NCBI GenBank assembly: GCA_002633005.1 | Contig: NMRA01000051.1 | Span: 1,079,528-1,143,527, forward strand | Direction of reading: 5' to 3' | Source: Phoronis australis | Taxonomy: Eukaryota > Animalia > Phoronida | DNA length: 64,000 nucleotides | Part shown: piece by piece, positions 25,290-37,844 of the stretch | Numbering within the stretch: position 1 is the stretch's first letter | Layout of the letters: each line of letters begins with the position of its first letter | Made by a program: the position numbers and the translations under genes | The notes under the pieces: model-generated | The model's database searches: none | What the model was told of the DNA's origin: nothing | What the model saw: only the letters and a program-made list of their open reading frames with translations

Positions 25290-26525
25290 TCAATTTCTTT
25301 GACCATGAAGAGCTTCCCAAGCAGCTATGAGTCTATCGGGAGTAAACTCACCCCAGACAGCTATCAAGCTAGATTCATCATGTCTTCTATTGACATTAGA
25401 AGGACCAAGGTGTCCAGAGACATCAATCCGTTCTGTGTGAAATGGGAAGATGCCTAATTTTTGCATAATCAATGCCAAGAAGACATCATCAAATCTAACT
25501 CTCTGCACGTACTGCAAAGCAACAGATACATCCGTGGCGAGTTCTTGGTTTAACACATAGGTGGCAGCAGGAGCTAATGGTGGGAATATCTGGGGTGGAT
25601 ACTCGTCATGTGACAAAAACCACTTACTCCCTTTAGTACGCGATGGACTGTGCTTGCCTTCGAACCAGCCCAAATAAAGTTTTTTGACTTCACTGACTTC
25701 ATTCGACTGCAGAAGCTTTGCCAGAGGCATGGGGTTGACCAGCACATCATCATCAACAAAGACCAAGTATCTAGCATCACTGCAATTTTTAACTGCCCAA
25801 TGGATGGCAAATTCCATCTTTGCACTAGTATTGTTGTAACTGTCAAAGAAATCTCCTTGGATGAAATCATGATACAAAGAGTTTTCATCACTGAGATCTT
25901 TTTGCTTTTGCTTGTCTTCTGACAATCCCAAAACAAAGATCCTTTTCACAACAGAAACTTTAACCACATCATCACGTCCCCATGTCTGCCTTATAGCCAT
26001 TCTCGATTGTATAGCAGACGGGTGACTTTTTATGAGGTAAACCAAAAACACTTTCGGTTGACAGTGATTTCCAATTAAAGTTGTGCAACACAAGATTGGG
26101 TTTATAGGAGAAACATCAATCGACTGTCCGTGCTGCCTTTTGTGGACAATATCAGTTAAATTCACGTCTAAAGGATAGTGCTGGAAGACAGTATCAGGAG
26201 GTTCAAGAACACTGGTTCTGGTAAGCGAAACCCATGGTGCCTTCTTTACATCTTTGACTCTAATACCGTTATCCAAATGCATGGCATAAGTGATATTTAT
26301 TTTATTTGGCTTCACTTTAAGTAGGCCTACTGTTCTATAAGCTAGCTGTTGCTGGTTAACTGGCCCGGACGTCTCGTCTTTTTCCACGGGACTCAGTTTC
26401 CGTGCATAAAATAAGTAAAGAATGTTTGTTGCAATGAAAATGAAAATGATTGATATCAAGATTTTTCTACTGCTGAGTACAAGAAGAGTCATGACCACTA
26501 AATTTTCGAGGACAGACCACCGCAT
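25290..26525 (-). CDS. Beta-1,3-galactosyltransferase / brainiac-like GT31 glycosyltransferase, single coding exon (411 aa)
   Basis: Type II TM anchor, IKSHP..RMAIRQTWG, FVLG, DFIQGDFFDSYNN, FVDDD (DxD), KWFLS..EYP and FDDVF motifs. Confidence 0.93.
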   Translation of the reverse strand: MRWSVLENLVVMTLLVLSSRKILISIIFIFIATNILYLFYARKLSPVEKDETSGPVNQQQLAYRTVGLLKVKPNKINITYAMHLDNGIRVKDVKKAPWVSLTRTSVLEPPDTVFQHYPLDVNLTDIVHKRQHGQSIDVSPINPILCCTTLIGNHCQPKVFLVYLIKSHPSAIQSRMAIRQTWGRDDVVKVSVVKRIFVLGLSEDKQKQKDLSDENSLYHDFIQGDFFDSYNNTSAKMEFAIHWAVKNCSDARYLVFVDDDVLVNPMPLAKLLQSNEVSEVKKLYLGWFEGKHSPSRTKGSKWFLSHDEYPPQIFPPLAPAATYVLNQELATDVSVALQYVQRVRFDDVFLALIMQKLGIFPFHTERIDVSGHLGPSNVNRRHDESSLIAVWGEFTPDRLIAAWEALHGQRN

Positions 26526-27069
26526 TTTCTAGGGCTAGGTCTAGGAGTTCCGACTTCCCATCGTGCAAATTCGTATCCTTGTCTCGTGTGACAGTATCCA
26601 GTACAAGTCGGATCGCTTCAGACCGACAGTCATAGCGTAATGCCTCTGTTCCAAAGAGAGGATTGGAAAGATAAAAACTTGCAAGTCATCTCAGCCTTGG
26701 GAAAGTCGCGGCAACAACCATGATAAAGAACAGCGACTGTCGCATTGCCTCAAAATAGGTCAAATTTACCCTGTCCTCTTTAACAACTAATTTTGAGCAA
26801 TATAAAATAAAGAGTTCTCCCATATTTAAAACGAGAATAAATTTCTTTAAAATATGAGTGGCACATGATAAAATGTGTATCGTTTAGTTGTGACCAATAT
26901 TGAGTTATGATTTCTCTCATTTTCTTCATATTCTTTTTAATTTTGCTTATTCTCCGCGGCATTTGACCTAAATGTTTGCTTTTTTAGGTCAAGGACCACG
27001 AACGCTTCCTTCGCGGTCACTGATGATCACAGGCTGTTTTGCACCTGACGTGGCGTAGTTTGAATTACA
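26526..27069. promoter_or_regulatory. Putative bidirectional promoter between GT31 (-) and AS3MT (+)
   Basis: The two start codons diverge 544 bp apart; CCAAT (26894) and TGACGTGG (27046) motifs are present. Inferred from geometry only. Confidence 0.45.
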
Positions 27070-30000
27070 ATGGCAAGCACCGGATCTGACATTATCAGCG
27101 ATGTTAAGGAATACTATGGGAAAGCTTTGAAGACCAAGGAAGATCTAAAGACTAATGCATGTATGACGGCATGCGGGCCGACACAACCACACATCCGACA
27201 AGTTATGGGACTTATCCACGATGAAGTCGTGAGCAAGTGCGTAAAACCCGGGGGTGCTCCGTTTCACTGGGTGTTAGGTCTGTGTACCACACCAATGTGT
27301 TGTTGAAGAGCAGTGCCGGATTTAGAGGAGGAGGAGGAGGAGGGGGGGGGATTGTGTCGTGGAGACGGTGTGGCTCAGTGGTTTGAGCTCCGGGCTCACA
27401 TTTGGGAGACGCGGGTTCGAATCCTGGCTTTACCATCGAGCATTGCACAAAAGTGTCCCAACTGAGTGCTTCTATAAGTTCTATAACAGCATTTTGTCGT
27501 GGAGACGGTGTGGCTCAGTGGTTTGAGCTCCGGGCTCACATTTGGGAGACGCGGGTTCGAATCCTGGCTTTACTGGTAGACCATCGAGCATTGCACAAAA
27601 GTGTCCCAACTGAGTGCTTCTATAAGTTCTATAACAGTTGTTCCATTTATTTCGTGAAATATTTGCCATCACAGCAGTCAACACACATCAAACACTCTTA
27701 AATTACGACAGGAAATAAAGAGACGGAAGTTGGAATAGTTTGGCAAAAATCGGGCTAGGTCGGTGAAACGCGCCTCCAGTGTATGGAATCTTTACATTTT
27801 ATCTCCGTTTTCGGGAGGAATTGAGTTAAAGAATGAATGGAGAGAAATTGAAGAGATTTCGAGAATGGAGTATGGCATGAGCTTTTTTGGTCGACGATCC
27901 TCATATTTTGTTTAGCGACTTGAGATTTTTGCCAGGTGCAACTTGGCGTCAAACTAAGTCAATGTATAAGGTAAATTCGTGGTGCTTTCTGTTCCATGAA
28001 CAGACATTTGTGATAGCTCCTGCTAAAACCTATATGATTGTCACAGTTTTTTCTTTTTCATTCGTAGCTGAAAGGGAGCATGAACTCGCCTATGTTCAAT
28101 CCATGAAGCTACATGAGTTCAGAAGCTTTGGTGATCATGGAACAATGAATTGCATAAAAATTGTATTGTGACATTTTTTGTTCTAGGTACTATGGTTGTG
28201 GAATTATTGTTCCTGAATGTCTGGAAGGAGCAAACATTCTTGATCTGGGTAGTGGAAGCGGGCGGGACTGTTATGTTCTGAGCAAGCTGGTTGGTGAAAA
28301 TGGTCATGTGACTGGGGTGGACATGACTGATGAACAGGTTTGTTGGTGAACATGATATGAAAACCGCTGAGTCATTCTGTCTCAAGTTGAGCGTTACTTT
28401 GCATTTGATGTGTGAAAAAATGACTTGATTTATACCTTTTCAAGGTGAGCACATATTTAAAGTCCGTGCTGCAAATCACAGGGTACTTAACCTCATGACT
28501 GTTTTTTTAACATCTACACAATATAAATCAAGTTGCAATAGATTAACATTTTCTTAAGCTGTATTTTGTTGGAAGATTTGACAAAATAAAATTTCACATG
28601 TCTGACATAGCTGTGTGCCAAATGGATCAAAAATTAAGGTACCGGCCATCAGGTGGTTGACTTTTGTAATTGAATTTTAAAAGAGGCTCAAGCAACACCT
28701 GGCCAAAACACAATCCATTACTTGCACACTTTGGTGGCGCTGCAAAAATTAATGTTGTGCTTTGTTGTTTGGGACATAATACCTCATTTTAACATCAATT
28801 TTTACAATGCAGATGCGAAAGCGCTATTGTTCCAAACTTGCCAAATCATTTGTAATTTGGACACAACATCAAGTTTTCAAATTTCAAGCACAATGTCAAA
28901 TTCATGCAAGTAGTATATGGCCAGGTGGCATAACCTGCTTTGGATGGGATAGACGTAGACTGGTTTATTGCAGTGCTATTTATAACTCACTGTGCCCAAG
29001 TTGGATGGTTTTAGGAAAAGAACCCACATCGTGTGCCCCTTAGTATACAAGCAATGCATGATGACAAGTCTAAGGCATCACAAAATGGGTTCAACTTCAG
29101 TATCCAAAACTGGCACTTTAGTGAAACCCTAAAAACATACTGTGGGCCAACCCCCTAATATCCCATCCACATGCAGACTTACCCTAAAACTTGCGCTAGT
29201 GCAACTTGTCCCACATTAAGCGAAGCGTACACACAGATATCTGATAACTGGGGTAAGGCAGACCTTGTTGCTCTCTGCATGACAATGGACAGCTGATGTG
29301 CATGTGGTGCATAAAAGAAGACCTGTCTGTATGTAACTGCAGCACACAATCACTTCCGCCTCGCCTCAGTTTTGCAGCCACACAGCGATTAGAAGTGGTG
29401 CAAGTTGTTACTCTTGAACAAGTTACCCTACCTTGACAAGGTGGAGTAAGTTGTCACAAGTATGGGAAGTTGAACTAGTTTAAGTAGCGTCCAGACAGCT
29501 CCAAAACCTAGTGACAACTAGGAGTAACTTGTTTTTATTGTTCTATGGTAAGTTTGTGTGTGGACAGCACTTAAATCTGCCTAAGATGTATCTTTCAATT
29601 ATTATTCACAGCTTGATGTGGCAAATAGACACAGTGATTATCACCGGGAAACTTTTGGCTACAGTAAGTCTAACGTGCGCTTCATCAAGGGTTACATAGA
29701 AAAACTGGACGAATGTGGGTTGGACGACAGCAGCTTTGATATCATTGTGTGAGTTGAAACATCAAATTCTTTGTTCACATTTCATTCGCCCAACTGTGTC
29801 AAAAGTCTAGATGCACCATAGTAGAGCTTTGAATTCATCCACTTTATGTAAAAACTTCAATAAAAAACCTCAAACAATTTTTACCTTAACTTGTTGGGAG
29901 CTGATTGGTCACTTTGATGAGAATAAATCCTGTGACGCTGTCATTTTGGGGTGGAGGGACGAAAGTTGTGATATCTGGTATCCATCTTTGAGTAACTGTA

Positions 30001-33000
30001 GAGCTTCATCTCACGGCATTCTCCCTTGAAGGAGCCTATTGCCTTGCTATACGAGCTTCCACTGTTGCTCAGGTACTGACAAACTGTAATTTTAAAGTCC
30101 TGACACCCTGTAGTTTTGGAACGACATTTTTAATGAGGGCAAGCCCTTCAGCACTCAACGACGCTTTCTATGAAGGCACCCTTATCCATTCACTCTATGT
30201 ACACAGTCAAGTCAAGACAAGATCAACCCTTATCCATTCACTCTATGTACACAGTCAAGTCAAGACAAGATCATAGGAACCCTTATCCATTCACTCTATG
30301 TACACAGTCAAGTCAATACAAGATCATAGGAACCCTTATCCATTCACTCTATGTACACAGTCAAGTCAAGACAAGATCATATCAACCCTTATCCATTCAC
30401 TCTATGTACACAGTCAAGTCAAGACAAGATCAACCCTTATCCATTCACTCTATGTACACAGTCAAGTCAAGACAAGATCAACCCTTATCCATTCACTCTA
30501 TGTACACAGTCAAGTCAAGACAAGATCATAGGAACTGTTATCCATTCACTCTATGTACACAGTCAAGTCAAGACAAGATCATAGGAACCCTTATCCATTC
30601 ACTATATGTACACAGTCAAGTCAAGACAAGATCATAGGAACCCTTATCCATTCACTCTATGTACACAGTCAAGTCAAGACAAGATCAACCCTTATCCATC
30701 ATAGAAGGCGATATTTTTTCAAATGAGACAATATGATTTAGTCTCAAAGTGTGCGGAACTGTTCTGCACTTTTTTAATATCCACTTAGGGCCATAAAAAA
30801 TGGTATGTAACAAATCTATACCTTACCCTAAACATGTTTACAATGTTACATTTTTATTTACTCAATTAGCATTTTCTTAATTAGAAGTTCAATTTTTGCC
30901 TTGCGGAATATTCTGCACCCTTGCGGAACATTCCGCATTGAGTGCGCAATATTCTGCAGATTTTGCGGAATGTTACGCAGATTTTGCGGAATATTACGCA
31001 GATTTTGTGGAATATTACGCAGATTTTGCGGAATATTACGCAGATTTTGCGGAATATTACGCAGATTTTGCGGAATATTACGCACTGCGCAAGTTTTGTG
31101 GAATACTGTGACTTGAGAAATATTATGTATATTTTGTGGAATAATAATCGAAATAATAATTTATTTTTAAAAATAAATGTGAAAGTTCCTGAAGGGTTCC
31201 ACAAACAGAAAAGTTTAGCACAGGACTAAAATTTTTAATTTTCTCCCGGCCCAATAAACATGAATTACATTCCATTCTCAATAGTACTTGAGAGTATAAT
31301 GTGCCCACTCTCAATACTATATTAATCAATGTGACGGTTGCAGAAGGGTTCCACATGCGGAACGGTTCCGCAAACAGAATGGTTTTTTGGCAAACACAAT
31401 TTTTTAAATTCTCATGACCAATAAAGTTAAAATGCATTCCATAATCAATACCACTTGAAAGTATCAATGTGACAATCCTAACAGTAATTAGTTGATCAAT
31501 GTGACAGTTGCGGAACCGTTCCGCATGCGGAACCGTTCCGCAGACAATACTTTTGTGATCCTCATAAGTTTTAAAAAAGTTTTCTTGCACATTTCAGTTC
31601 AAATATACTCTATTCTCAATAGCATATGGAAATATCAATGTGTCAACATGAACAATGATTGATCAGTGGGGAACTTGCCGAATGGTTTGTGATGCAGAAA
31701 TCTACCTCTAGCAGACTCGCGAAAAATTGACATCTTGTCTATGCCATTTTACCGCTTTTGGCAGAACCTTAACACAAGCCATGAAATATTGAAATCTTAA
31801 CGTACAACAAGAATTAAACATAAAAGTATCAGAATTTCTACCCCAACAATAGTTAATTAATAAAAGAGACAGTTGTGGAACCGTTCCGCATGCGGAACCG
31901 TTCTCCATGGGGAGCGATTTCCCAAACAAAATGGTTTTATGGGGTATTTCTTTTCATCAATCATCTTAAAATGCATTCATTTTTCAATGCCACTTAAAAC
32001 TTTCGATGTGACAATCCTAACAGTAATTAGTTGATCAATGTGATAGTTGTGGAACCGTTCCGCATGCGGAACCATTCCGCAAACAAAACTTTTGTGACCC
32101 TCACAATTTTTAAAAAATTTTCTTGCACATTTCAGTTGAAGTATATTCTATTCTCAATAGCATATCAAAATATCAATGTGTCAACATGAACAATGATTAA
32201 TCAGTGTGGAACTTGCTCAATGGTTTGTGATGAAGAAACCTACCTCAAGCAGACTCGGGGAAAAATTGACATCTTCTCTATGCCATTTTACCGCTTTTGG
32301 TAGAACCTTAACTAAAGCCATGAAATATTCGAATCTTAACATACAAAAAGCATTAAACATAAAAGTATCAGAATTTCTACACTAACAATAATTAATTAAT
32401 AAAAGTGACAGTTGCGGAACCATTCCGCATGCGGAACCGTTCCGCAAACAATACTTTTGTAATCCTCACAAGTTTTAAAAAATTTTTCTTGCACATTTCA
32501 GTTGAAATATACTCTATTCTCAATAGCATATGGAAATATCAATGAGTCAACATGAACAATGATTTATGAGGGGGAACTTGCTGAATGGTTTGTGATGCAG
32601 AAACCTACCTCAAGAAGACTCTAGAAAAATTGACATCGTGTATATGCCATTTTACCTCTTTTGACAGAACCCACAAGTCATGAAATATTCAAATCTCAAC
32701 GTACAACAAGCATTACACATAAAAGTATCAGAATTTGTACCCTAACAATAATTAATTAATAAATGTGACAGTTGCGGAACCGTTCCGCATGCGGAACCGT
32801 TCCGCAAACAATACTTTTGTGATCCTCACAGGTTTTAAAAAAATTTTCTTGTGCATTTCAGTTGAAATATACTCTATTCTTAATAGCATATGGAAATATC
32901 AATGAGTCAACATGAGAAATGATTAATAAGTGGGGAACTTGCTGAATGGTTTGTGATGCAGAAACCTACCTCAAGCAGACTCGGGGAAAAATCGACATAT

Positions 33001-36000
33001 TGTCTATGACATTTTACCGCTTTTGGTAGAACCTTAACACAAGCCACGAAATATTCGAATTTTAATGTGGAACAAGCATTAAACATAAAAGTATCAGAAT
33101 TTCTACCCTAACAATAATTAATTAATAAAAGTGACAATTGCGGAACTTCCGCATGCGGAAAAGTTCCGCATGGGGAGCGATTTCTGAAACCAAATGGTTT
33201 TGCGTGGTATTTGATTTCACCAGTCAACTTAAAATGCATTCTATTATCAATGCCAGTATTGGTGTGAAAATCCTAACAGTAATTAGTTGATCAATGTGAC
33301 AGTTGCGGAATCGTTCCGCATGCGGAATGGTTCCGCAAACAATAGTTTTGTGATCCTCAAAAGTTTTTAAAAAAATTTCTGGTAGATTCCAGTTGAAATA
33401 TACTCTACTCTCAATAGCATATGGAAATATCAATGTGTCAACATGAACAATGATTGATCAGTGGCGAACTTGCTGAATGGTTTGTGATGCAGAAACCTAC
33501 CTAAAGCAGACTCGCGAAAAATTGACATCTTGTCTATGCCATTTTACCGCTTTTGGCAGAACCTTAACACAAGCCATGAAATATTCAAATCTTAACGTAC
33601 AACAAGCATTAAACACAAAAGTATCAGAATTTCTACCCTAACAATAATTAATTAATATAAGTGACAGTTGCGGAACATTTCTGCATGCGGAACCGTTCCG
33701 CAAACTATAGTTTTGTGGAGCTCACAATTTTTTAAACTTCTTACACATTAAGGTTGAAATATATTCTATTCTCAATAACACGTGAAAATATCAATGTGTC
33801 ATCATGAGCAATAATTAATCAGTGAGGAACTTGTTGAATGGTTTTTGATGCANNNNNNNNNNNNNNNNNNNNNNNNNNNNNNNNNNNNNNNNNNNNNNNN
33901 NNNNNNNNNNNNNNNNNNNNNNNNNNNNNNNNNNNNNNNNNNNNNNNNNNNNNNNNNNNNNNNNNNNNNNNNNNNNNNNNNNNNNNNNNNNNNNNNNNNN
34001 NNNNNNNNNNNNNNNNNNNNNNNNNNNNNNNNNNNNNNNNNNNNNNNNNNNNNNTGGTAATTTCTCTTCCTTTCATTTCTCGATGCTGAATGTTCCAGCT
34101 TATAAGAATACTAGGACTGTATTATGGTGCTATTAGCAGTTTGTCAAGGCTCACACAATCGTGATTAATTGCAGTTCGAACTGTGTCATCAACCTGTCAC
34201 CTGACAAACCGGCTGTGTTACGTGAAGCCTTCAGACTGTTGAAGACAGGAGGCGAGCTGTACTTCAGTGACGTGTACGCGGACCGGGATTTACCAGATGA
34301 TGTTCGCAAACACAAAGTCTTGTGGGGTAAGAATGATGGGTGCTCATAGATTTTCTTAGAATTGAGTACTGCAAAACTCGGGAATTCTAATCTCTCAGAT
34401 AAATTTCATTGTTTGTTTAAACTCCTGTTTCCTCTTTGAGATTTTATTTGTCCCATCAGTCATCTGCTTTTCATTTTGTTGCAGGTGAGTGCATTGCAGG
34501 CGCCCTCTGGTGGAAGGATCTCATCCGACTGGCAGGAGAGATTGGATTCAGCCGTCCCAGAATTGTAGAGGCCAATGAAACTGTTATCGAAGACCCTGCC
34601 TTGAAGCAGGTCATAGGTAATGAAATAGGTGGAGTTTTACTGAATTGTGCCATTGAGACTGTGTAATGCAGAGGGTGGAGTCAAAAATGACACTTAAGTG
34701 GTCTCCTTTCCCTTTAAAACAGAAGAGCTTGCATTGCTAATGACCAATGGGGTAATCCTTTATCTATTTATCTTGCCATACGACAGACAAGTCAACTTTC
34801 GCAGCAAGAACAGTTTAGCTAATTATTTGCATGGTTTCAAGAACAATTTGGTTAAGTTTACATTATTTACAGAGTGATAACTGCCCTTTGAAAAATGGAA
34901 ATTTTGGGAATTATTTTTGTGCGAAACAAGGGAAGAATTTGATTCCTCCAGCTCATTCAGATTGTTGAGACTGCAGATTGGCAATACACTAAAAACCCAA
35001 AATGTTTTCCCACAGAGCTTTCATCAAACTACCGTACGAATTTGATCATGTTTTGTTCCAGGTGATGCCAAGTTTGCGTCTGTAACCTACCGCCTGTTTA
35101 AATTACCTGCAAACAAGGAGAGCGCCTCTGAGGTGATGTACGATGGGTCAGTGACTGGTTGTGCCAATGAGTTTAAGCTGGACTATAATCACAAGTTCAA
35201 GGTAGTCTGTGATGTAGCACTTATGTATTTTGTGACCATGTGTGTAGTTAATCAAGAAATGTCATGTTTTAATGTTAAAACGATATTCGTATTTTCCTGT
35301 GATTTTTGGTGTTCCTGCAGTAATTTGTAATTGTTTGCATTCATGTCATTATGTTCAGGGATCTAAGAATCAGTAACCATCCATCATGAGAAATTCTGAA
35401 ACCAGAATTTTCCTTGCTCAAAGTCAAGAATTTTAAAACTTTAAAGCTGCGTTTCGCCCCTGAATTGCTTCCTGAAGTGCTTTGGGATTTATAAACATTT
35501 CCACAGGCAATGTGTTCATGTGCCATGTTTGAGACTGCAATTTTATGATTGAGGCGCTGATGGTTTTGATCTTCTTGTTAGTAACACAAATAGAACTGTA
35601 TCATTGTAAGGGGATATTATGAGACCAATGTTATGAGAGTAAAAAGCCTTCTAAAAGTTCGATTTTTGTTTTTTAGCCAGCTGAGCGAGTCGAAATACTG
35701 CTTTAAGTGTAAGATAACTCTTTCTCACTGCTACACTGAGTAGTACTGAGAAAGGACGAGTCTGAATTCTCATTGGTTTTTGTTGCAACCTGCCATAAAA
35801 GTGGAGTTTTTATTGGTTGTCATATCATAGGAACTTTCAGTCATCACGATTGCTTGGATGTTGCGAAATGCCTAAATGACTTGCTGCAACAACAGCATTC
35901 TAAATGGATGTGTTCCACACAAGTTTGCGTTTTGCGATTCATTTTGAGACAAAAAGATGTCAAGTAAAAGACCAGAACAATTCATAGTAATTTTCTGGCT

Positions 36001-37844
36001 CCTTCTCAGACCATTTTTGTAACAGTTTTCCAAGCCCGCACACAATGAGGCCTGCATGTCTTGAATCATTCGTTTACATCTCTTTGATAGTGCCATCTCC
36101 AGGTGTGGCACTGTGACTGAAAGAGGGTTCGAAACTCGGTCCTTTCCACTGTACTTTGTACTTTGTCAATAGATTATTGGAGGAACTGTGATTGCCAACA
36201 GGTCAAAATGTCAATGCTGATCTAAGATGTGGTAGAGCAGTTACTGCATTAGCAATGGCTTCAATTATATTATTTCTTTGAAGGGTGGTAGATAATTGGC
36301 CTCCGTAATGCTGAACAAGATTGGCTGGAACACTTAGCAATAGATCATGTTAATATTTGCACTTGAAATGCTGTCCTCTAAAATATTCCTTAAAAGGGAG
36401 GTGTTCATGGTTACAATTAGATTGCAATGCATTTGAATCTCTTGTTATCGTATAAATCTCATATGTAGAGTTTAACTTTCCTTTAAGTTACTTCTGTGTT
36501 GTATGACGGTCAACTACTGTGCTTCCAGGCTGAAAACATTGCCGTGGCGGATGGTGAAGTTGCAACAATCTTAAAGAGCTCGCGCTTCTCTGAATGTTTT
36601 GAAGTGCGACCAACCAAAGCAGGGACACCTTGTTCCCAGACTGAGGCAAGTATTCCAGTCAGTTTGTGGTTAAAGGACAGGTTTATTGTTAGATTTTCTC
36701 TGCCCAGGGCCCGTGGTCTAATCTTTGTACTCGAATTCGAAATTACTTTCTACTTTTTCCATTCTGATTTTGTGCGAACTCTAGTATAAAATTGTTTTGT
36801 GCATGGTTTATGTGGATGCCTGTCTAATCCAAGTTTGCTTTTGATGACTTACGCATTAACTGCTTAAAGTTCTAGTCTAAAATTAATGGTTTTAACTCAA
36901 TACACATGTTCATAGCTTGAATCTAGGATCATCAAGTGCAAACTTAGAGAGGAAACTCATCTTTGTAAATGTACTTAAGCACAGAATAATACACTTATCT
37001 TGAGTTCATTTTAAAATATGGAAAATGGCAAATACCATTTTGAGTTCAATTTTGAGTTCGAAGATTAAACCTGAGCTCTGGGCTTTGACAGAGGACAGTA
37101 CATATTTTTCAAGAAGGTTATTCATTTTTCAAGCTAGATATTCAAGTCTCAGTGTTTGCTCTAAAACCACTTTAAACATGTCTACCAACAAAAGAAAGTT
37201 GGGGATTTCATCTACAATGCTGCTGTCGTTTTCAATGTATTCTGGCATGTTTGTCGACTCATAAGCATCCAGTGACATCTCCAAAAATGATGAGACATGG
37301 GCTGCATTCCGCAGACGCAAGAATTTAGCCAGTAGCTAATGTGATTACATGTTTCGTCTATGATGCATAACAATATATTGCATAATCTTGCGTTCTCGTG
37401 ATATTCATGGAACTATGGAATGCTGGTCTGGCGTTTTAGGTGGGGAGAATTACTTCAACCTGATCGGAGAGCGTGTGCCTCGAGAATTGAGTGCGCCTTT
37501 ACTTAAATTATGGTGAGCTCAAGTGACAAGTGCTCCTTTCCGTCACATTGTTTGCAAGTCACCAAGTTTTCTGTGATATCACCGGATGTTTACACATTGT
37601 ATTTGAAAAAAATTCTTATCCTCGAAAGAAATAGCAATGGTCAGTGCTCATTACTGTTAAAGGTGAGGCAAAATCATCAAGTTGTCTGCTCTTTATGTTT
37701 TCTCCAGCTTCTTGTGTTACAGGACCATTTCCAAGAGTTATTTCGTTTTTATTTCAGGACATAGTTGATCCTTTTGAATTGATACAGAAGTCCGCTTCTG
37801 CATCATCGGCAGGCTCATGTTGTGGACCTAAAGGCTGCTGCTAA
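27070..37844 (+). CDS. AS3MT: Arsenite methyltransferase, 8 coding exons, 360 aa
   Basis: Exons 27070-27236, 28187-28337, 29612-29748, 34175-34326, 34485-34616, 35062-35201, 36529-36645 and 37758-37844 join in frame (1083 nt). Motifs [52 protein letters not shown] and C-terminal CCGPKGCC. Confidence 0.96.
27353..27637 (+). mobile_element. Tandem pair of tRNA-derived SINE/pseudo-tRNA units (~140 bp each) in AS3MT intron 1
   Basis: A box TGGCTCAGTGG and B box GGTTCGAATCC in both units; CAC in a possible anticodon loop; poor acceptor stem; shared non-tRNA tail. Confidence 0.75.
29167..29563. mobile_element. Probable old MITE in AS3MT intron 2
   Basis: Imperfect inverted termini ccacatgcagacttaccctaaaac / gttctatggtaagtttgtgtgtgg. 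Confidence 0.4.
30178..30698 (+). repeat. Minisatellite, ~10 copies of a 48/53-bp unit
   Basis: Unit acccttatccattcactctatgtacacagtcaagtcaagacaagatc, with or without an (at)agga insert. Confidence 0.97.
30900..31105 (+). repeat. 21-bp tandem repeat
   Basis: (gcagattttgcggaatattac)n, about 6-7 near-perfect copies plus degenerate flanking copies. Confidence 0.95.
31180..33852 (+). repeat. Composite satellite of ~365-bp and ~170-bp units, running into an assembly gap
   Basis: The marker gtgacagttgcggaaccgttccgcatgcggaacc recurs at about 31331, 31501, 31866, 32040, 32405, 32765, 33131, 33296 and 33661. Confidence 0.93.
33853..34054. other. Assembly gap (N run)
   Basis: Run of Ns in the sequence. 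Confidence 1.

Noticed and set aside
27361-27435. Functional tRNA-Val(CAC) gene
   Set aside because: Acceptor and anticodon stems pair poorly and the unit is duplicated with a non-tRNA tail, so a SINE or pseudo-tRNA is more likely.
30178-31105. CRISPR-like regular repeats and repetitive ORFs
   Set aside because: Head-to-tail tandem repeats without unique spacers, no cas genes, and located in a eukaryotic intron.
33819-34089. ORFs spanning X residues
   Set aside because: Artefacts of the N gap.
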